From Nemertoderma westbladi (taxonomy: Eukaryota; Animalia; Xenacoelomorpha), in the NCBI GenBank assembly GCA_032718475.1, contig JAUCBJ010007504.1, positions 1-64,000 on the forward strand: a stretch of 64,000 nt of DNA. The letters are read 5' to 3'. Below the pieces are notes generated by a model. The model was not told where the DNA came from and ran no database searches. It saw only the letters and a list, made by a program, of their open reading frames with translations. Shown in pieces: positions 1 to 11,700 of the stretch. How positions within the stretch are numbered: position 1 is the stretch's first letter; every line of letters begins with the position of its first letter. The translations under genes and the position numbers were made by a program.

Positions 1-283
1 TTTTCATAATATAATTAATTTTGCCAGTTCAACCAAAAACGTGTTTTCATAATATAATTAATTTTGCCAGTTCAGCCAAAAACGTGTTTTCAAAATATAA
101 TTAATTTTGCCAGTTCAGCCAAAAACGTGTTTTCATAATATAATTAATTTTGCAAGTTCATCCAAAAACGTGTTTTCATAATATAATTAATTTTGCAACA
201 GTTCAACCAAAAACGCGTTTTCATAATATAATTAATTTTACAACATCACCAAAAACGTGTTTTCATAATATAATTAATTTTGG
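1..283. repeat. Tandem minisatellite, ~43-bp unit, ~6.5 copies (may extend left of window)
   Basis: Unit TTTTCATAATATAATTAATTTTGCCAGTTCAACCAAAAACGTG recurs from position 1 to ~283, ending ~75 bp before the TRAF6 ATG. Confidence 0.95.
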
Positions 284-357
284 CCGAATTCAGCCACCGT
301 ACCTATCTCAGTATCTGTATAGTGTATAGTGCAGCTTCAACGTGAATAACGGTAATT

Positions 358-1785
358 ATGCCCTATCCGTATCCACCCGATAACAACGAAGGCGAAGACG
401 CAACACGACCACAGAGTATTTCGATGACGGACGTATCCTTATCCACCGCCATCACTACAGACGGTCTGAACGTTGACCCGGGCCTGCAGTACGGCCACTA
501 CCGATCGGTGAGCGAGCCCCGTGACATCGGTTCCCCTTACCCCTCCGTCAGCGGCAGTCGGAACACCACCATCAGCATCCCCAGCACCCTAACTACCGAC
601 GATTGTGAGGGTTACGATTTCGAGTTTATCCCTAGACTAGAGGACCGGTTTACCTGTTCCATCTGTCATATGGCCTTCCGTGATCCCGTTCAAACAGCGT
701 GCGGTCACCAATTCTGTCGGTATTGCATCACAAAGTTTTTAGACAAGGAAGGAGGCCGAATGTGTCCGTTGGATAACACTTCTCTCATACCGGCCCTGTT
801 ATTCCGAGACGTGAGTCTCCAACGTGAAGTCCTGAATCTCATTATACGATGTCCAAATCGCGACTGCCCGCTATCGCTCCCGCTTATCGAATACCTGCGG
901 GACCACAGTCGTTGTTGCCTTTACGCGATTATCCAATGCCCTAATAACTGCGTCGAAGGTTGCGTGAGGAAAGACCGGGAACTCCACATCACTGATCAGT
1001 GTAGCAATCGCGTTGTCGTGTGTCCTCATTGCGCGGAGAACGGGACTAAAACAGACGTTGAGTTCCGTCTCCTAGAGGATCACTACTCGTCATCCTGCGA
1101 GTTCGCGCTAGTAGAGTGCGAGTACTGCGGCATCTCGATGAAACGACGTTCGTTGGACTACCACGTGCACGTGGAGTGCCGCAAGGCGGACTGCCCGTGT
1201 CCTTTCTGGGACGCCGGTTGCCATGTACGCGTCGCTAAGGACCAGTTGATGACTCACGTCTCCGACGCTATGGCCGAACACATTGTCCTCCTCGCAGCCT
1301 CCGTGCAGGAAATAAAGTTCAGCGGTGCGGCGACGCCAGTTAACGAGCCGAGCGATAAATATTCCGAGACTAACAACGGCGCATACGGAGGGTATCCCAA
1401 TGCCTCCGGGGGGCTTCCGGAGGCAACCGGAAAACTTTCCGATTTCCCGGAAAACTCCGACTATTTATCCAAACCTCGGAGTTTCTCTTCCCCGGAGGAG
1501 GAGGTTAAACATCTGAAGGAACGGCTTCACCATCAGGGCGGAGATTTCGCTAATCTCAAGCAGGTGGTCGCGCAGCTGGAGGGTAAAGTGCGCACGTTGG
1601 AGCGGCAATGCGAGGGGTTGCGGCGGGATGCGGTGGAGACCGCCCGCGGTGTGGAGGCGCGCTCCGCCGGGGGGGTCTACATGTGGCGGCTACAGAACTA
1701 CTCGCGGTACCGGAGCGACTCGGTTAAGGTGGACCCGGTCGTGGTACACAGTCCGCCCTTCTACACATCCCGTTGGGGTTACAAG
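358..1785 (+). CDS. TRAF6: TRAF6-like E3 ubiquitin ligase, exon 1 (RING, TRAF zinc fingers, coiled coil, start of MATH/TRAF-C)
   Basis: EGYDFEFIPRLEDRFTCSIC...CGHQFC..C...CPLD RING preceded by the TRAF6-type GYDxEF motif; several TRAF zinc fingers; VVHSPPFYTSRWGYK starts the MATH domain; GT donor at 1786. Confidence 0.88.
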
Positions 1786-1894
1786 GTCTGTTAATCAGTA
1801 CAAATTATATTCATTTCCTTAACATTATTATTCTTGGGGTTTCAGGTTCGTAGAATCCATTTCGAGTGACATTTTTAACATTTGATGACTTCCA

Positions 1895-2245
1895 AGTTGT
1901 CTGTTTGGCTGTCAGACTGTCGGTTATATTTTGACGGATTGACTAGACAGACAGAAACGACGACGTTAAATTTGAATTCTGATACCAGGAATAAAGTCAC
2001 GGACCAAAAAAAACCCATATTGGAAATTTTTTTAGACAGATAGATTGAATTCCATTGTTTTGGAGACATACTGTCGGACAGACCGACAGTAAAACGGACA
2101 GACGGCCATATCTCGAGAAGTAAGACAGATCTTGTTAAACGGTTTTCATATTTGCAATCTTGATGAAATAAAAAAAAAACGAAAATTTTAACCAGGGGGG
2201 GGGGGGGGGGGGTGGTGTGGGTTCCCCCCCCCCCCCCCCCGGTAC
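1895..2245. mobile_element. Probable Helentron-associated (HINE/DINE-like) repeat fragment inside the TRAF6 intron
   Basis: (GACA/GGAC)-type microsatellite stretches, an ATATCTCGAGAA motif and a poly-G/poly-C hairpin at ~2191-2243; assigned by resemblance only. Confidence 0.35.
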
Positions 2246-2586
2246 TATAAAGTTTATTCACAGATTTAAATACGTCGTTTTTCAATTTCCCTATTAATTG
2301 TGAATTATTTAGTAATTCTCTAAGAAATTGGTCGCTATTAGGAAGAGAAGTTTAGAGTTCAATTAGCTGTTCATTCTTCTCGCTTGTTCCGGTTTTCGGG
2401 AGTAATCAGCTGTTTTTGCGTCGATTTATAATCAGATTTTGTTCTTTTGGTAAAATATTGAAGGATTAAGTAATTTATATAAAAAAGTAATTTAGTGAAA
2501 TAGTAGAAATTAGTAATTTAAATTACAAGTTTACTAATAAACTCTTTAATTACTTCTCATGCTATTAATTAATTATTTTATGGCAG

Positions 2587-2922
2587 GTTTGTCTCCGAGT
2601 AAACTTCAACGGCCCTCGCTCCCCTCACTCCCAACACCTCGGGTTGTTTATACACCTAATGCGGGGGGACCACGACAGCTGGCTGAGTTTCCCCTTCATC
2701 TGGTCCAGCTGCTCCTTTACCATCGTGGACCAGTCCGGCTCGGGTCGCGGTCTCTCTGAGTCCTTGCGAGTTAACCGCAGCGGCCAATCCTTCCAACGGC
2801 CCACCGGGTCCCGCAACCATAAAGGTATCGGGTTCCTACAGTTCGTTACATTCCAGAACCTAATGTCCCCGGGTTACGTGAAGGACGACTGTTTGATTAT
2901 TCGATGCGAAGTTAAGGAATAA
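2587..2922 (+). CDS. TRAF6: TRAF6-like, exon 2 (rest of MATH domain); spliced product ~587 aa
   Basis: CAG acceptor at 2584-2586; phase-0 join gives GYK|VCLRVNFNG...LGLFIHLMRGDHDSWLSFPF...FQRPTGSRNHKGIGF...YVKDDCLIIRCEVKE*; AATAAA at ~2931. Confidence 0.88.
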   Translation, partial: VCLRVNFNGPRSPHSQHLGLFIHLMRGDHDSWLSFPFIWSSCSFTIVDQSGSGRGLSESLRVNRSGQSFQRPTGSRNHKGIGFLQFVTFQNLMSPGYVKDDCLIIRCEVKE

Positions 2923-3669
2923 CTTTCATTAATAAAGGCGGAAAATAAATTAGTTACACAAACAATTATTTTTTGATTATGATTTTTAGTTTTCTTAATT
3001 ATGTAATAAATTATTTAAACACATTTATTATAAAGTATAACTTTATTTGACACCTGAGTCGAGTTGCCCTGCGATCTACACGACATGTTGTTTAGTTGTT
3101 GGGACGACTGGTAGACAATCGGCTAACAGTTATAAAGTACTAAAGGCCGGGATACTATGTGATACTTTATTTACCTAGGGAAAATAGTGCTTAATAATAA
3201 TATTTTGCCAATAACGTTCATATTTATTTATATAATAATAATTGTATCAAGTTATGCTTAAGTTGCTTTGGTTGAGGTAATTTTGAGTTTTACTTTAAAT
3301 TTTGCAGCAATTTTTAATTTCTTTATTATATTTCTAATTTTAAGTAGTAAAAATACCGGATATTAAACTTCACTAACAGCGAGACATTTATTGATGTTTT
3401 AATAAATATCCATAATATTCAACACCCTATCTACATGGGGTTTATACGACAACCAAAGCCGACAACCATTACTGACGCTAATTAATGTTATTATCAATTG
3501 AGGAAAATGAACAGGTTTCGGAGGAATGTTATTCTAACCAAAACAATTAACGAGATTCATGAGAACAGGTTCCAGTTTCAGTGTTTACAACCACAACTGA
3601 TATTTATTGAGAACCGGTGAAAGTAAAAAGTAAAAGTAAATTTTCTTCGGCCGCTTGGCCAGGGATTAC

Positions 3670-4250
3670 TGTGACGGGATCTACGGAGGATCCCGGTTTA
3701 TCCGGTTTTGGTTCTTTAATTACGCGTCCCCGCCGTGTGAATGAAAAGCGTTTTAATGTCAGATTAAGAGTTCTAATATTGTTGACGATGGTAGCTGGTA
3801 ATATATAATAGGATAAGCACAAACACAGTTATTATGAATGAGATATAAATGAACTGAATGATGGCGGCAGTGGACGGTATTAGAAGTCACCGCTGTGCCC
3901 TAACTGAACCGACTGACTGAATGAGATAACTGAACTAAATGACATGGTAGCTGGTAATATATTGCACGGTTGGCCGTATTACACTACCCAGCCGATGCCT
4001 TCCCCCCATTGGCTAATAACTCACTTGTCACCCTTCTACTTCCCCTGGGTGTGCTTCCCCCCCCCGCTGCTATCTCTCTCTCTCTCCCGGAGGTATAACC
4101 TCTGACCCCCGCTGTGTGTGTTCCCTTGGGGCCTATTGTCCCCGCTTATTGGGGTGATACAAGGTTGATTGGTAATCAACCTTGTAGTTCCAATATTGCT
4201 TAAAACCCGACTCTCTGTGGGCCTGGCTAGCGGAATTGAATACGCTAACA
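3670..4250 (-). repeat. 3' LTR of Bel/Pao copy 1 (581 bp)
   Basis: Minus strand begins TGTTAGCGTATTCAAT right after the PPT and ends GATCCCGTCACA; homologous to 30885-31427. Confidence 0.88.
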
Positions 4251-4936
4251 CTCCCCCCCATGCTATCTTCCCGGTAAGAAGATAGCATCCACCTCTAGTG
4301 CGCTACAATTCCGCTGGATCTCGACCTAGTATCGAGTGTGGGGTGGAACTATTTTTCCGGAGCCGGTTTTCCAGACCGCCCCCTATGGGTATGATATCGC
4401 TACCCTGTTTACCTGGCGTCCCGTGTCGGGCCGATCGTGCGCTCCTCTCACACGACTTTTGTTTCCCCAACACTTTCACCACTAACTCTACTCTGTTCTC
4501 ACCCTGACTCTCCTCTACTTCTCCTCACTTCCGCTCTAACTCTCGGACTTCCCTGTCCCTCACTCAGCCTCTTATTCCTCCCCCCCCCCCCACACTTGAA
4601 TTGCACCCGCACTCTCTCCGCACTACAACTCTACCCCTATCTCTCCCACTCACTCCCGACGAGTTTCACCCCTCTCCTGTGCCGTCGCACTCAAGAAGTG
4701 TGATGTCGTCCAGTGTCTCGTCCATGATAGTATTATAGTCTATCTGTCCCCAGTAGCTAATTGGAAAAAGGTTGTATGACTATAGTACTTACTTCGATTA
4801 TATTTTGCTAAACTAATAATGATTACTACGTACGTACCTACTAATTGCACTTTTTCAATTATTTAAATTACTTGAATTTGTACTTAGGAGTTCGCACGTC
4901 TCGCGTGGTGCCTTCCAGGCATGTTACACCGAAGTC

Positions 4937-7514
4937 TTAGTTCGTTCCACCAGCCTTTGGGAACCACCTCAAGTCTTTCCCTCTGTCGTCCTCCTCCCTA
5001 GGTCGTTTCCTGGTCACTGCCGCTCCTTTGGTCTTGTCTGCTTTCTGGCTTCGGACTCTCGCCGCCACCTCCTTACTGATCCCGGTCGTCGACTCCTTGG
5101 GTGCTGGTGTTATTAGCTCCCGGTATCGCTTCGCGGGTGGCCCCTCCGAGTGGCCCTGCTGTCTCCCCCTGGTGGCGTCCCATAGGATCATCTTCATTGC
5201 CCGCGGCACATGCTCCGCCAAGAAATCCCTAAACTCTCCTCTGTTCTGTGGCGTCCACCTATCTAAATACCTCTGCGTATTTATCACTCCGGCATATGAT
5301 GCCGCCGTCGCCACTTCCTGGTAGGTAAACGGAAGCCTCCGTTTGATAATCTCCATGTGAGCCTCCTGATTGATGTTAAAGAAGCCCCACCGGAACTCCT
5401 GGGCCTTCATACGTTGCCGAGTCATCGCCCCGACGTCGGCCCACTCCTCGAAGATCCTAAACTTCTCTTCGTCGTCCATCCAGTCGCACTGGCGTCCGTA
5501 ATGTCCCCGAAAGTTACACTTCGAACATCGGTTATGCAACCGTGGACACGCCCCCATCCTGTGGCTCGACTCGCGGCAGTAGAGACAACTAGTCCCTTTC
5601 TGGAACCGGTACAAACAGCTCCTTTCCTGATGGGTCTGTCTCCCACAGTAGTCACAGCCGAGCACCAATGTCTCCCGCCCCACGTCGTCTTTCGTCCCAA
5701 GCGATCTCCGCGGTCTGTGGAGTCGTTGGTAAGCGAACTTCCGGACGTTAGCGTCCCTATCTACGTCGATCTCCTCGCCCCTCTCGGGCATCGTCTCCCC
5801 GAATACTACCCGTGGTGCCATCCCCGGTTGCTCGCCCAACCTGATAGTGCTCCCCGCGAAATCCATCGCCGGCTCCTCGTGCACCCAGGCCCGCTTGCCG
5901 GGTCTATCCCAGAAGGCCCTCGCCCCACTGGCCGTCACCACCCTCCCGCCAACCCAGTCCGTGTCCGAGTGGCCGATCCTCCCGATGGGCGGCATCTCCC
6001 CGAACTCGTCGTCGTCCTCGTCCTCCTCTGGGAGTGGCTCCAGCCCCGGTATCCCAGTGGACCCACTATGTCCCTTCCCGCCTTGGCTCTCGCCCGTAGC
6101 TCTCCATCCCTCTAGCTCCCCTAGCCTCCTTAGCGGCTGGTCGCCCTCGGCGCCCGCTGGTATGGGCGTCGTCTGCAATCCCGACGTCGACTGTTTCGGT
6201 GATCCCACCGTCCATCCCAGTTCTCGCCCTAGAGACTCCCCCGAACTCCCTGATGAAGTCCAACGAAGTTCGTCTAAGCCCGCCTGTTCCTCGAAGCCGT
6301 AGCTCTGTGCCCTAGCTTCCTCCTCCCTTTCCTCTGCTTCTCTCCTCTCCCATCTAGCGACTTCTTCCAGTCGCTTCGCCTCTCGTCTATCCGTCTCTAG
6401 CTGCTCCCATCTCTGATACGGCGTATCTATCTCCCCGTCTACCAGATGTCGGCTGTTGTAGTACACCGACTCGCCCTTCAGCCCCGGGTGGTCTACCAGA
6501 CCCACGAAAGCCGTCTTAAAGGCTCTTCTGTAGTTTAGGGGTGATCCCGATAATAGGAATGCCGCTGGTTCCCTCTCGATAACCACGGTCATGAATAGGT
6601 TAAGCAAACCTATCATTATCCAGTCCTCCTGCAGGATATATCGCTTCTGATATACCTTTATCGCTCCTCTTCGGAATTGATACACCTCTTGTTTCCCCGG
6701 CCTCGCTCCCCACTTCAGCGAGTTCGCTAATTCTGCTCCGTACTCTTCTCTGAACTTCCCCCAGTCCATTGGTTTGTGACATACGAGCCCCAATAGCTGG
6801 CCCATCGCCACCGCTCCGCAATGGCCTGTGTTCTCGACTAGTCCCAACCCGTCTGGTGCTGTCATAGCCATGAAGACCATCTGCATATCCAGGAGGTTGG
6901 GGGTGTCCGGACCGATGATTCTCTCCGCGTCATCGCGAATCGCCGATCCCACTTTCGTTGTCGACTTCTCTCTCACTAGGACTTGCACCGCCTTCGGCAA
7001 CCGGTTTAACTTCGGCCCGTCCTTCTTCCCATACATTCCCAGGTCAAATAGGAAAATATCCCCATTTGGCGCGGCCAAATGTAGGAGTATGGTTCTGGCC
7101 GATCCCGCCGATCCTCTCCTCGAACCCTCCTCGTCTTCCACGGTCCCTTCGTCGTCTAGGATCATCCTAGGGTCGTCCGCCTCCCCTGCTGACGGACTCT
7201 ACGAACCTCTTCCAATCTTTCCTCGGTGACTCTCTCGCATACTTCGGAATCCCGAACTTCTCCTCGTCTCCTTTCACCACGTAGTGGAAATGCTCGAAGA
7301 TCGCGTTGTCCAGCGATGGCGTCCCGTAGGTCCCGACCAGCCACTGTTCATGCACCTCCCTGAAATGGTCCTGTAGCGCTCGCGCTGCGTGACCCTTCTC
7401 TAACCGCTCGTAGTATCCCCTCGTCTTCTCTTCCGGATGCCTCTTGGTGAAATCCACCAGTATCTCCTTTCCTCCTAGCTCCGCCTTTCTCTTTCGCACA
7501 AGTTTGCCTGCCAT
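4937..7514 (-). pseudogene. Accessory ORF: DEDDy 3'-5' exonuclease + 3 CCHC zinc knuckles (frameshift near 7170)
   Basis: MAGKLVRKRK start at 7514; ILDDEG / LLHLAAPNGDIFLFDL / LPKAVQVLVREKSTTKVGSAIRDD / LLDMQ / QKRYILQED match WRN/EXD/Mut-7 exonuclease motifs; three CX2CX4HX4C knuckles at ~5485-5657; net +10-nt change relative to copy 2 shifts the frame. Confidence 0.8.
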
Positions 7515-8009
7515 CTCGAACTCTGCCCGATCGCTCACTCGTTGGGTGGTGCCTTGCCAAGGCACAATAGGATGAGTGATAGGTTAGATGGTTTATTTCA
7601 GTTCGATGGCCTATCTCCCTCTGGATTATTAAGTTAATTAGCCTAAATTTCACTACTTGATTTCTGTAGCTACCAAATTGTACCTAAATTGCAATTTTTG
7701 TCAGTTACTTTAATTATGTTCCAGAATTTTACTTGCTACTGTTACCATAATTTGTGTAATTTTCTAGCCCTATTCTATTTTTAATATTTTAATTTAATTC
7801 AATCCTACTATCGTGCTACTACTTACTATTGCCTATGGATTATTCTATTTCATAATCCACATTCTGGCCTACTCTGTGGGCTTGTGCAGTACAGCAGTAT
7901 GCGTCGCGTGGCCTACACGATTTATCCAGCTGTACTTATATGCCCCCCTCTCGCTACTAATCTACTAACTAATGCCTATTATATATATATACCCTTCTAC
8001 CTCTTACTC

Positions 8010-8570
8010 TTACTAACCGGTACTACGTACCCTCTTGCTAACCTCTAACTCTCTCTAACTAACTAATGGTACTACGTACCCTCTTACTAACCTCTAACTC
8101 CATTAACTAACTAACGGTACTACGTACCCTCTTACTAACCTCTAACTCCACTAACTAACTAACGGTACTACGTACCCTCTTACTAACCTCTAACTCCACT
8201 AACTAACTAACGGTACTACGTACCCTCTTACTAACTCTAACTCCACTAACTAACTAACGGTACTACGTACCCTCTTTCTAACTCTAACTCCACTAACTAA
8301 CTAACGGTACTACATACCCTCTTACTAACCTCTAACTAACTAACCGGTACTACGTACCCTCTTACTAACCTCTAACTCCACTAACTAACTAACGGTACTA
8401 TGTACCCTCTTACTAACCTCTAACTCCACTAACTAACTAACCGGTACTACATACTCTCTTACTAGCCTCTAACTCCACTAACTAACTAACGGTACTACGT
8501 ACCTTCTACCTAGCTTCTACCTACTGACGGTACTACGTACCCTCTTACTAACTAACTTCTGCCTACTACT
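8010..8570. repeat. Internal tandem repeat (~42-bp unit) between pol and accessory ORF
   Basis: CTAACTAACGGTACTACGTACCCTCTTACTAACCTCTAACTCCACTAA repeated ~12-13 times. Confidence 0.92.
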
Positions 8571-8718
8571 GCGTACCTATTATGTACTATTCTAAGACTT
8601 TCTCTTCTTATTTTTTTATTTTTATTTTTAATTGTGTGGGAAGGGCGTCTCGCCCTCAATCCCACCCCCCTCAGTCCAAAACTTGGACGACTAAACTCCT
8701 CTAAAAACCCACTCCAAC

Positions 8719-11700
8719 TCAAGGCGCTCCCTCCAGCAGACAGCATTTCCCTACAGCCCTCCTGTAGGTCTTTCTGTCTTTCGCGCCTATCTTGCCACCT
8801 ATTCGCACTTCTACCGATCGGACTCTTCCGTCCTTATCGGAGTAAGTGCCCACAACTCTTGCCAACCACCATTGGTTGTTGATGATGGTATCGTCCGTGA
8901 CGATCACCAGATCACCCTCCTTTAACTCTCTACTCGTATTCCTCCACTTACTTCTACTATGTAGCGTGGGCAGATATTCCTCGACCCACCTCCTCCAGTA
9001 CTCTGCGCTTATCGCCTTAGTGACTTTCCAACTCTGGCGGGAGTGTATGTCATCTGGGTCTCCACCCCGCATGTCGATTGTCGCTGGCCTTTCCATTAGA
9101 AAGTGACTGGGCGTCAGCACGTCTAATGACTCAGGGTCATCATTCTCTGGATATAGCGGTCTGCTATTAATGATACCCTCACACTTTGCTAGTACTGTCC
9201 TTAATACGTCCTCTGTAACCATGTGGGTGTTCATCAACTTCGTCATCAGACGCTTCGAACTACCCACTAGTCTCTCGACGCATCCTAGGGTATGCGGAGC
9301 ATACGGCGTCCTCCTTTCCCACTTCACTTGTCGCCTTCTCATGGCTGCCCTGACTTCCTCCCCTTCCAGGATATCCAAGGCCTCTGCCATCTCGTTCTCC
9401 GCCCCCACAAAGTTGGTCCCGCTGTCAGAATACATTACTGCGATCGTCCCACCTTTGCGGTCTCTAAACCTTTCTAAAGCATTAATGAATGCTGATGCGG
9501 TTGCATCTTGGGTGAGTTCTATTCCTACCGCCCGCGTGTTGTTACATACGAAGATGATACCGTAGCGTTTCTCCGTGTGCCGCATCACCTTAATCTTTAT
9601 CGGCCCGAACATATCCACACCGCAATGCGTAAATGGCGGGTCGTGCTGTCTCACCCTACTGGCCGGTAGTGGCGCCATCTCCTGTATGGCTCGCTCCTTC
9701 TTCGCTCGTCGGCAGGTCTGGCACTGCCCCACTACCGCCTTTACCTTCTTCCTCAGTTGTTTGACCCAAAAGGTCCTCCGTATCTCCGTGAGGGTTCGGT
9801 TGGTGCCCCCGTGCAATATCGACTTGTGGGAGTCCCATATAATCTGGTGGACTATCGGCGATCCAGTAGGTATGATGATGGGTTTTGGCGGTATTACAAT
9901 ACTGTTGTTGTTCAATACCCTCGAGTTCATTACTAGAATCCCGTCATCATTAAGTTGTGGTGACAGCGTGATCAGCTCGCTGTCCCGTCGGAGATGCTGT
10001 TGTTTACCGACGCGTTCCACTTCGTCGCCGTAGTTCTTTCTCTGCTCGTAGCGGATGATTGCTTTGGCCGCTCCCTCCAGATCGATGGTTGTTCTAACTT
10101 TTACGTCTTTGTGGACTCCCTTGAGGAAATCCCCGAAGGCTCTCCAGTACGCCACTAACTTCTTGGTCTTGTACCAACTGGAGCTGTAGCTGAGGAGTTT
10201 ATCCGTCGGGTTATCGCACAGTTCTCCCGGTTTTGGTTGCACGTCCCTTATCTCCCTCACCATTTGGCTGTATATCTCTTCTCCCTCTGAATCTCCCTCT
10301 TCTTCCTCTAATGCTACTTCTCCTGAGCCCGGGTCCACCTTTCTCATCGGTGGCCAGGCTTCCTTATCGCTCAGAAACTGCGGCCCGTGTTGCCACAATA
10401 CCTCCTTCTTCAAGAAAGTGTGGCGTGCCACGCCCCTCGATAACAAGTCCGCTGGATTCTCGTCCGTTGGGCAGTAGTGCCACCTTTCTAACTCTGTAGT
10501 CGCCCTTATTTCGTCCACCCTATTTGCGACGAATATAGGGTATCTCGTCCTCTCGTTATGTAGCCAACCGAGCACTACCATGGAATCCGTCCAGTAGTGT
10601 GTTTCCACTATGTTGGGAATAGCGTCCACTAAGTAGGCTGTGGCCCTAACTCCTAATCTCGCAGCTGTCAACTCGAGTTTCGGAACTGATGCTGAATCTG
10701 GTGGCGTCGACTTCGCTTTACTGAATGCGAGTCTGGGCTTGTGAGCCCCCTCTCGTTGTACTAAGTAGAGTGCCGCTCCGTATGCCTCTAATGACGCATC
10801 GGAGAACATATGTAGATCCAGATTCGTCATGTCCCCATCCGGGAAATATACACGTGGCATGCTGTATGTTCCCATCTGCTCTAAACTCTCTGTCCACTTG
10901 TTCCATTGTTTACTAATTTCTTCCGGGACTTCTGTGTCCCACTCGTCCTTTAATTTGTATACTCTCTTGAGTATCTGTTTCCCCGTGACTAGTAATGGGG
11001 ATGCTAGGCCTAGGGGATCGTATATCCTCGCTATATACGACACATAGCCCCTCTTTGTGTGGATACCTGCGCCCTCCTGACTCAACTGGTATTTTAACTC
11101 GTCTGTCTCTCGGTTCCACACGATCCCTAGTGCCTTCTGCTGGGACTCCACTCTCTTGTTCGCCATGTCCTGTCCCTTGGCTGTCGTGGGATTATCCATG
11201 GTCGACTCTGGCCTCCTGTCCTCTATGGCTTTCATGAACTCTTGCGAGCTGGATTGGAACTTGGTTAGGTTGAACCCGGATCCTTTTAGGATGTCGCGAA
11301 CCTCGCGCCCCGTGTCCAGTAGCTCCTTAACCGTATTTCCAGACTCCATCCCGTCATCTACATAGAAACCTCGTCGAATCATATCGACGGCTTTGGCGCT
11401 GAATTTATCTTCCTTCCCTGCTACCGTGTCTCTTACGGCCATAGTCGTTGTAAACGAAGACGACTTGGCTCCCATATTCTGTACTATCATCTTATACATT
11501 GGTATGGTCGACGGTTCCTCATCGCCGTCGTACCATAGGAAGCGTTGGCTGTCGCTATCCTCTTCCGTTACACGGACTTGGTTGAACATGCCTTCGATGT
11601 CGCAGGTGAAAGCGTGTTTACCATTCCTGAATCTGAGTAGGACCTCGATCCCTGAGTTGTAGATGTTGGGACCCTCCAGCAGATAATCGTTTAGGCATTT

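Noticed and set aside
8010-8570. Interstitial telomeric repeat
   Set aside because: TTAG-rich but not (TTAGG)n or (TTAGGG)n; part of a longer unit internal to the retrotransposon.
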